A stretch of DNA of 64,000 bases from Polyangiaceae bacterium (GTDB lineage: Bacteria > Myxococcota_A > Polyangia > Polyangiales > Polyangiaceae), in assembly GCA_016712345.1 (NCBI GenBank), contig JADJRH010000002.1, positions 136,466 through 200,465 of the forward strand. The letters are read 5' to 3'. This document shows positions 58,190 to 64,000 of the stretch, piece after piece; positions within the stretch are counted from its first letter, which is position 1, and the number at the start of each line of letters is the position of its first letter. The position numbers were made by a program, and so were the translations under genes. The notes under the pieces are model-generated. The model was not told the origin of the DNA. It saw nothing but the letters and a program-made list of their open reading frames with translations, and ran no database searches.

Positions 58190-61100
58190 TCAGGGGCTTT
58201 GTTCACCCTCAGGTTTGGTTTTTTTCTTGGCGGTTGGGCGCTTGGCTTTGCTTTTTTCAGCCGGTCGAAACGCTCGCAAGTCGTCGCGTGAAAGGCCGAG
58301 CGCGTGGCATTCACCGTCGAGAAACGTTTCGTAATAGTCGCCAAGGCGCAGCCCGCCAAACTCGGGGTTGGGGTCATTGTGCCATTGTTTTACCCACGGA
58401 ATCAGTTCAAGAAGGCCGGCAAGCATGGGTAGAAGCCGCTCTTTGGACCAGGCTTCACCGGTGCGGCGGTGTTGGTAGAGGGTGGCAAGGGCTTGCGCTT
58501 GTTGTTGGTGATTCCACCCCGCCCAGCCAAACACAGGTTCGCGGTCTTCGTCTGATTCGCAACCGGGGTAGCTGATAAAGCGCTCTTTTGGAACATCCAG
58601 TTTGCCTCGCAGGCGCCAAGTAGACGCGTCGCGATAATCGCCCTGGTCATATTTGGGCGGCGGGTCAAACGGGTTGACTTTTTCGCCGCGATCTTCGGCC
58701 CGCTGGAGATCCCATACCTTTTCCCAAACGGCGCGTTTTTCAAGGCCAGAAAGGGTGTGGCGGTAGGCGGCCAAAAAGGGCACCGATTCTCTTTCGATCA
58801 GACCGAACGCAAGTTCGCGGCCTTCAACATTGAGGTACTCGGAAACTGTATTCAGCGTTTGAGACTCTTCCCGAATGGCTTGGAGGATCTCCCTAAAAGG
58901 GACAGGTTCTGCGCGCTTTTGAGTTACCCTTTCGAGGTCGCTTGCGAGGTATTCCTCGCACCAATGTCGCACAACCTCACCACGAAACTCTGCCTGATCC
59001 ACGTTCTGCTCAGTGTCTCGCCATGCACGCTTATTGGTTCGCGATTCAAGCAATGCCAGTGAGGAGTGTAATGCAAGAGCGTCACGACCTTTCCACCAAT
59101 CGGGCACGCGTCCGACGACCGAACGCGTTTGTTCTGAACTTGTTCGCACTCGTTCAGACACCCCGCTCGCGTAGCCTGTACTCGCCTCGAAGGGCCGATC
59201 ACCCAGCGGGCATACCCAATTCCCGTCCGCCACGCTCGCGGAAACCGGCGCGTCAGTCAGTCCATACGCAACATAGATCATCCAGTCGATTTCTTCTTGG
59301 ATGCATGCACAACGCGCCGTCAACTCATCGAACCTGCGCCATTCGCGATTAACCGTCTCACGCAGTGTGTCGGCAGACTTCCAAGCGTCAGGTGCGTCAA
59401 TCAAAACACCTCCTGAAAGCCATTTGGAACGGGCAGTCGCTGCTTCCGTGAGCGACCTTGCAAGCATTGCCATTGCGCTGGCATTCTGGGGCGGTATTGG
59501 CATTGATTCCAACGCGGTGCCCGCAAACTCATACGCCGCCCGAGCGGGATCTGTGGTGTGCTTTTGCGAGGCGTTGGTCTTGTTGTGGCAGACTTGTTTC
59601 ATCCAGAAACAAGCGGTGGAGCTGTTGAGGTAGGCGAGCAATGCCAGGTGATCGTCTTCGGTGGCGTCTTCTTTGAGCTTGATAATCGGCGCCGAACGGT
59701 TGAACACCTTCCCACCCCGATCGAGCACAAAATGATTGTGTGTGGCGACAAACGCGAACGTGATCGTGAGCGGCGTCCGCAGCTTGGCAGCTGTCAATCG
59801 ACCAAATTCATACCACGCCAAACCGCCTTCAACCTTGGTTTTGCCGCCAAAAAGCTTGTTATTTGATAGGTTCGTGCGGTGCGGCCACAGTACCTTGAGA
59901 GCGTCGTCCTTGGGGCTAATGAGCCGAAAATCTGGAAAATAAGGGAACAAAGCCGTTTCCACCTCGCCAACAGTCCAATCCCGAATGGCTTCACCGATCA
60001 CCATCGGCCGCGTGAATGGTCGCGAGGCCCCGGTACGGTCCCAAACCTGACGGGGTCGGATATAGACATCGTCCTCCAAGGTGAAGGATGCGATTCCGAT
60101 GCTGTCCACGAGGTCACCCAATCTGCATTGGGCCCGCTCTTCCAACAACTCTTTCAACTCCGCCGCCCCTCCTCCACCCAAACTCCACGGATGTTTTGAC
60201 AACGTGGTTTTGGGCACCCGCGCCACGCTGATGAAGTCGTTTTCAAACTCAACTTCCTCCCCGTGGTCCGCTATACTCCTCCACACCAAACCCTGTTCAG
60301 GATCCTGCGGGGTTGATGGTTCACCGCGTTTGGCCAACACCGCAAGCACATCGCTCGCCTGCTGCGGCTCGTGGGTTCCCAACAAAATGACGGTGGGTGT
60401 ACCATGCCCTGGAATGTACGCGCCCGATGTATTGACAACCCCATCTAAGTTGACAGTGGGGAGAAACTGTTCAATCAGCTTTTTACCAAACTCTCGCTTC
60501 ATAAAGGAGTTCGCCGTGATCATCCCCACAAACCCACCCTGTTTGGCGAGTTGAAAAAAGCGCTCGGTAAACGGCGCCCCAAGCGAATATTTCCCAGCGG
60601 CGGAGCGAGGGTACATCTCTCTGTACCGCTCCCGCAAATAGGCATCTTTCACCGTGATATACGGTGGGTTGCCCACCACCACCGTGAACTTCCTGTGCAG
60701 CACATCGCGGGCCGCCTGCTCATCTTCCAGGGCAAATGCCTCACCTTCCCACGTGGCAAGTTGTTGACCTGACAACTCACCCAGTTTGATTTGGGAGTGT
60801 TGCGGGTTGTGGAGGAGTGAATCGGCAACCACCAGGTGTAAGGGGAGAGCGGGAGCCAGCGAAAGCCTTGTGTACCCCCCTTTTTCGAGAAATGCGAGTG
60901 TCAGACGAAAACGCGCAATCGCCACCGCGTACGGGTTAATGTCACACCCAAACACCGCATCGAGCGCTTTCTGCGCGGCATGGCGAACGTCCAACCCCGG
61001 CTCGGTGCGCTGGCGATGGTCGAGCAGGCGCTCAAACGCGCCGAGCAAAAAGTGGCCGCTGCCGCAGGTAGGGTCAATCAAAGTGGTTTGGTCCAACCCA

Positions 61101-61810
61101 AACCGCCGGATGGAAGGCTCCAACGTGCGGTCGAGAATGTACCGTTCCACAAACGAAGGGGTTTGGAGCAGCGCAAACCGCTCGCGCACATCGGAAGAAA
61201 GGTCTTGGTAGAGGTCGCCCAAAAACCGGGTGTCGGCCTGACCAAACCTGAATGCCGGTGTTTCAGCATGCGGCGAGCGAAACAGGGCCACGAGCTTTTT
61301 GGCCATTGCGGCAGAAGGGCCGAGCATCCACACCGGGTTGTGGCGCGCATCAAACAAGTCTTCAGCGGCGGGTAGGCGCGACAATTCTCGAAACACGGTG
61401 AGCAGGTATTCACGCTCGGTGAGGGAGGGCGCGATCTGAAAAAAGAGGCGCTGGCTGTCTTCTGCCCCCGGTCCCGCAATGCGGTTGTGTCCGAGTAGAC
61501 CCCGATCTTCCAACGTGCGAACAAACACACACGACAAGAGCCAGCTCGCAGCCACTTGGGTCACAAAGTGGCGCTCCCACACTTCAAGCGGGTCGGCGGT
61601 GCGGCGCGCCGCACGTTCGGTCTCGTGCCGTTCACGCAGAGAGGTGCGTACACCGGCGGAAGATCGGGCGCGCGAAAGAAGGTCGGCCTCCAATTCAGTG
61701 AGCACGGCCTGCGCTTTGGTAAGAAACAAGGCCGAGTCGAGCGCCGCAGTGGGGTTGGACTGGGGGGCCAGGTCTACCGTGGAAGGTTTTTTTCTAGGGG
61801 CCATGGTCAA
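58190..61810 (-). CDS. pglX: BREX N6-adenine DNA methyltransferase PglX (1206 aa)
   Basis: VVGNPPYITVKDAY (NPPY motif IV) and GSGHFLLGAFERL (SAM motif I). Size is typical at ~1200 aa. Start is TTG at 61810 or ATG at 61804, directly after the pglW stop. An A7 tract occupies codons 4-6. Confidence 0.9.
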   Translation of the reverse strand: MTMAPRKKPSTVDLAPQSNPTAALDSALFLTKAQAVLTELEADLLSRARSSAGVRTSLRERHETERAARRTADPLEVWERHFVTQVAASWLLSCVFVRTLEDRGLLGHNRIAGPGAEDSQRLFFQIAPSLTEREYLLTVFRELSRLPAAEDLFDARHNPVWMLGPSAAMAKKLVALFRSPHAETPAFRFGQADTRFLGDLYQDLSSDVRERFALLQTPSFVERYILDRTLEPSIRRFGLDQTTLIDPTCGSGHFLLGAFERLLDHRQRTEPGLDVRHAAQKALDAVFGCDINPYAVAIARFRLTLAFLEKGGYTRLSLAPALPLHLVVADSLLHNPQHSQIKLGELSGQQLATWEGEAFALEDEQAARDVLHRKFTVVVGNPPYITVKDAYLRERYREMYPRSAAGKYSLGAPFTERFFQLAKQGGFVGMITANSFMKREFGKKLIEQFLPTVNLDGVVNTSGAYIPGHGTPTVILLGTHEPQQASDVLAVLAKRGEPSTPQDPEQGLVWRSIADHGEEVEFENDFISVARVPKTTLSKHPWSLGGGGAAELKELLEERAQCRLGDLVDSIGIASFTLEDDVYIRPRQVWDRTGASRPFTRPMVIGEAIRDWTVGEVETALFPYFPDFRLISPKDDALKVLWPHRTNLSNNKLFGGKTKVEGGLAWYEFGRLTAAKLRTPLTITFAFVATHNHFVLDRGGKVFNRSAPIIKLKEDATEDDHLALLAYLNSSTACFWMKQVCHNKTNASQKHTTDPARAAYEFAGTALESMPIPPQNASAMAMLARSLTEAATARSKWLSGGVLIDAPDAWKSADTLRETVNREWRRFDELTARCACIQEEIDWMIYVAYGLTDAPVSASVADGNWVCPLGDRPFEASTGYASGVSERVRTSSEQTRSVVGRVPDWWKGRDALALHSSLALLESRTNKRAWRDTEQNVDQAEFRGEVVRHWCEEYLASDLERVTQKRAEPVPFREILQAIREESQTLNTVSEYLNVEGRELAFGLIERESVPFLAAYRHTLSGLEKRAVWEKVWDLQRAEDRGEKVNPFDPPPKYDQGDYRDASTWRLRGKLDVPKERFISYPGCESDEDREPVFGWAGWNHQQQAQALATLYQHRRTGEAWSKERLLPMLAGLLELIPWVKQWHNDPNPEFGGLRLGDYYETFLDGECHALGLSRDDLRAFRPAEKSKAKRPTAKKKTKPEGEQSP
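61787..61793 (-). repeat. Poly(A)7 tract (coding strand) 10 nt into pglX (MAPRKKPS)
   Basis: ggaaggtttttttctagggg on the + strand. Confidence 0.8.
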
Positions 61811-64000
61811 GCGGCTGCGTTGTGGCGGTTACTCATCCACGCGGCCGAGACCCAAAGAGTCTGACCGGGTAAGATGCCGGGTATAGTAAAGGTGCCTTCA
61901 ATGCGAGGCACGGCCAAGGTGTCGTGCACAGGCACAAGCAAAAACAGGGGCTGCGTTTCACGTTTGGAAGCGGTGGAGACGAGTCGAGTGACAAAATCCA
62001 CCAGATTGTACCGCGCAATGGGGCCGGGCTGTACCAATAAGAGCGGGCGCGGATGTGTACACAATCGAGGGAGCAGCGCGTCGGCGGCGAGCGACACCAA
62101 CTTTTTCAACTTGCTCCAGTGAGGGCCTGTTGGGCCTTCACGGTCGGCAGAAAACACCACATCGTCGGAGGGGATGTTGGCTTTTTTGCGCTGGGTTTCT
62201 ACTTCACGCGCCAATTCTAAATCAAGGGCCAAAAGGTCGGCCCCAAGGCGTTCTTGCAAGTCTAACGCGGCTTGACGCGCGCGATCGGCCCGAACACCCA
62301 ACACTCGAAACGCGTTCATCTCCAGGGCGTGTTTCAGGCGTTCGTCAAACTGGCGAGCGTCAATAGCATCGGCATCCATGGCGCGCGGTTGGGTAGGAAG
62401 GGCGGTGCGCGCTCGAATCAGCGAAGAGATGGTGGAGGTCTGAAGGGAGGTGGCGTTTTGTTCTTCAGGCCGTTCAAACTGGTTTGTTGAAGCCACCCAC
62501 GTAAACCCAATGGGCGCAAGCAGCGCGTCTAAGTCTGGTCGGGTAGGCAGGGGCGCGGCGTGGGGATAACGCAGCGCCACGCGGCTTTTCACGTCAACTT
62601 CGGTAACGCCGCCTTTGAACGTGGCGGCACACAACTCAACTGCGCGGCGAGCTTCCAACCCGCGTGGGTAGATCTCCATACGGGCCGAACATGCGGCGTT
62701 TGCACTCGCAGCGGTGGCCAAAGCAAAAAGGCGCTCGTCTTTGGCCGTTGCAAGCGGAGTATTCGCCACTATTTCGTCAAACACCCGGCGGGCTTCGCCC
62801 GGCGACGCCAGGGTAGGTCGCTTTGCGAGCGCATCGGCCGCGGCGCCGAGCGCGCGCACCCAACGTGCGTACTCTTCCGAAAGAAACATCCACGGGTCGC
62901 GGTCATTCAACCTCAGCCATCGCAGCCCTGTGGGCGTGTCTTTGTCGGTTTCAGCAACAATGCGAAATAGGGCCGCTGCTTTGGCCAACACCAGGGCAGG
63001 GGAAACGTCGGTTCCATGGGGAAGAGTGCGGGCCAACTCTTCAGAAAGCGTCACGAGATGGGCGGCTCCACCCGCCGATTCTACAAGAGTGGTAAGGCGC
63101 TCGCGTAGCTCACTCAGGGCTTTGTGAGAGGCCCAATCTTCCCTCGCTTTGCTCTGCGCGATGTACACAGCCGGAAGGGTTTTGTTTTCTGCCGTGGCCA
63201 CTTCACGCACGGTCACATCAAGCCGGCCCTGAAACGGCGCGTCGAGCCCCAAAAGCGCGCGAACAAGGTGGCGATCTTTTTTCCCCTTTTTTTGAGGCAA
63301 AAGCGCTTCTACCCATCCTTCAAGTGTGGTGGGGTGAGCGCGTTGATTGGCTCGCTCGTTTTCATCGGCAAGTGCGGTGCGCAGCTGCAATGGGTCAAAC
63401 CGGTGGCGCTCCGCCAGGTTTTTTACCTGCGTTTCGGGGGTGAAAGCGAGAGCGCGCAGAGTGGGTAGACCGCTGTCAACAAGGGCATCAGACAAAGCGG
63501 GGTTGAGTCCCAACGTCCCAACAGGCCGATCTTCACCTCCATAGCCGGGGAAAAACGGCGCGAGAGGCGTCTCGGTCAGAGTTCGAACGTGCATCCACGT
63601 GTCGCGCAGGTGAAAGATCTCCTTGGCAACATGCCTTCCAACCCCGCGGATGGCGCTCAAACGGTTGGGGCTCAGGCCGGGGAGATCGCGCATGCGCGTG
63701 AGGCCGGCTCGGTCGAGCGCATTGCGCGCGCGGTTGGAAAGTGGAAGGGTGGCAACGGGCGTATCCGGGTCGATCTGAGCGATCTGTTCTTCAGTAAGAA
63801 CCGATTCACCCGGTGAATCATCGGCCTGGACAATGGGTAGATCGGCCGCAGGGGCGGGTAGAACGGGGGGTGAAACCTCGGCAGGGGTTTGTAACGGCGG
63901 TGGAGGGGTTGCCGCGATTTTGGGGCGCAACGAGCGCGCGGGGGCACCCACAACCGACAGCCAGGCGAGGCGCATGTCGTGGGCAGAGGCAAAGCGGTCC
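61807..64000 (-). CDS. pglW: 5'-partial gene at the window edge, best explained as the C-terminal ~730 aa of the BREX type 2 kinase PglW (Pro-rich linker, RpoA-CTD-like helix-hairpin-helix, C-terminal domain). No kinase domain lies within the window.
   Basis: The frame is open to position 64000. PPPPLQTPAEVSPPVLPAPA linker, then LPLSNRARNALDRAGLTRMRDLPGLSPNRLSAIRGVGRHVAKEI (HhH). Position is immediately upstream of pglX with a 4-nt overlap. The PglW identity is inferred from gene order alone. Confidence 0.5.
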   Translation of the reverse strand, partial: DRFASAHDMRLAWLSVVGAPARSLRPKIAATPPPPLQTPAEVSPPVLPAPAADLPIVQADDSPGESVLTEEQIAQIDPDTPVATLPLSNRARNALDRAGLTRMRDLPGLSPNRLSAIRGVGRHVAKEIFHLRDTWMHVRTLTETPLAPFFPGYGGEDRPVGTLGLNPALSDALVDSGLPTLRALAFTPETQVKNLAERHRFDPLQLRTALADENERANQRAHPTTLEGWVEALLPQKKGKKDRHLVRALLGLDAPFQGRLDVTVREVATAENKTLPAVYIAQSKAREDWASHKALSELRERLTTLVESAGGAAHLVTLSEELARTLPHGTDVSPALVLAKAAALFRIVAETDKDTPTGLRWLRLNDRDPWMFLSEEYARWVRALGAAADALAKRPTLASPGEARRVFDEIVANTPLATAKDERLFALATAASANAACSARMEIYPRGLEARRAVELCAATFKGGVTEVDVKSRVALRYPHAAPLPTRPDLDALLAPIGFTWVASTNQFERPEEQNATSLQTSTISSLIRARTALPTQPRAMDADAIDARQFDERLKHALEMNAFRVLGVRADRARQAALDLQERLGADLLALDLELAREVETQRKKANIPSDDVVFSADREGPTGPHWSKLKKLVSLAADALLPRLCTHPRPLLLVQPGPIARYNLVDFVTRLVSTASKRETQPLFLLVPVHDTLAVPRIEGTFTIPGILPGQTLWVSAAWMSNRHNAAA

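Noticed and set aside
1-64000. CRISPR arrays, tRNA and rRNA genes
   Set aside because: No regularly spaced direct repeats with unique spacers, no cloverleaf-compatible ~75-nt segments in the intergenic gaps I inspected, and no rRNA-like conserved blocks were seen.

Overview
This is a 64-kb chromosomal segment at about 60-65% GC from a probable Myxococcota genome. The taxon call rests on many eukaryotic-like Ser/Thr kinases, FHA domains, a sigma-54 enhancer-binding protein, a Myxococcus-type cysteine-rich repeat protein and proline-rich low-complexity proteins. Coding density is high on both strands, and I saw no rRNA, tRNA or CRISPR array. The main accessory content is a six-gene BREX type 2 (Pgl-like) phage-defence operon on the minus strand at 48.2-64 kb, in the order pglW (partial at the window edge), pglX, pglY/brxC, pglZ, brxD, brxHI. 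Its pglZ is split by a +1 frameshift inside an A6 tract, and pglX has an A7 tract just after its start codon. A convergent vapBC toxin-antitoxin pair lies immediately beside it. The rest of the window encodes housekeeping and signalling genes: ftsK, rph-rdgB, ubiB, an L,D-transpeptidase, a GT2 glycosyltransferase, an O-methyltransferase, a subtilase, a C-N hydrolase, an orphan OmpR-family regulator, an Hpt protein and an FGE-sulfatase-domain lipoprotein. Sequence-level oddities are a roughly 20-fold excess of the palindromic octamer GTGTACAC (nearly absent from the BREX island), a MITE-like element family with CACGGAG-repeat terminal inverted repeats, intergenic tandem repeats built on TGTACRCA, and a translationally coupled P-loop NTPase plus TPR protein pair that resembles a split STAND module.
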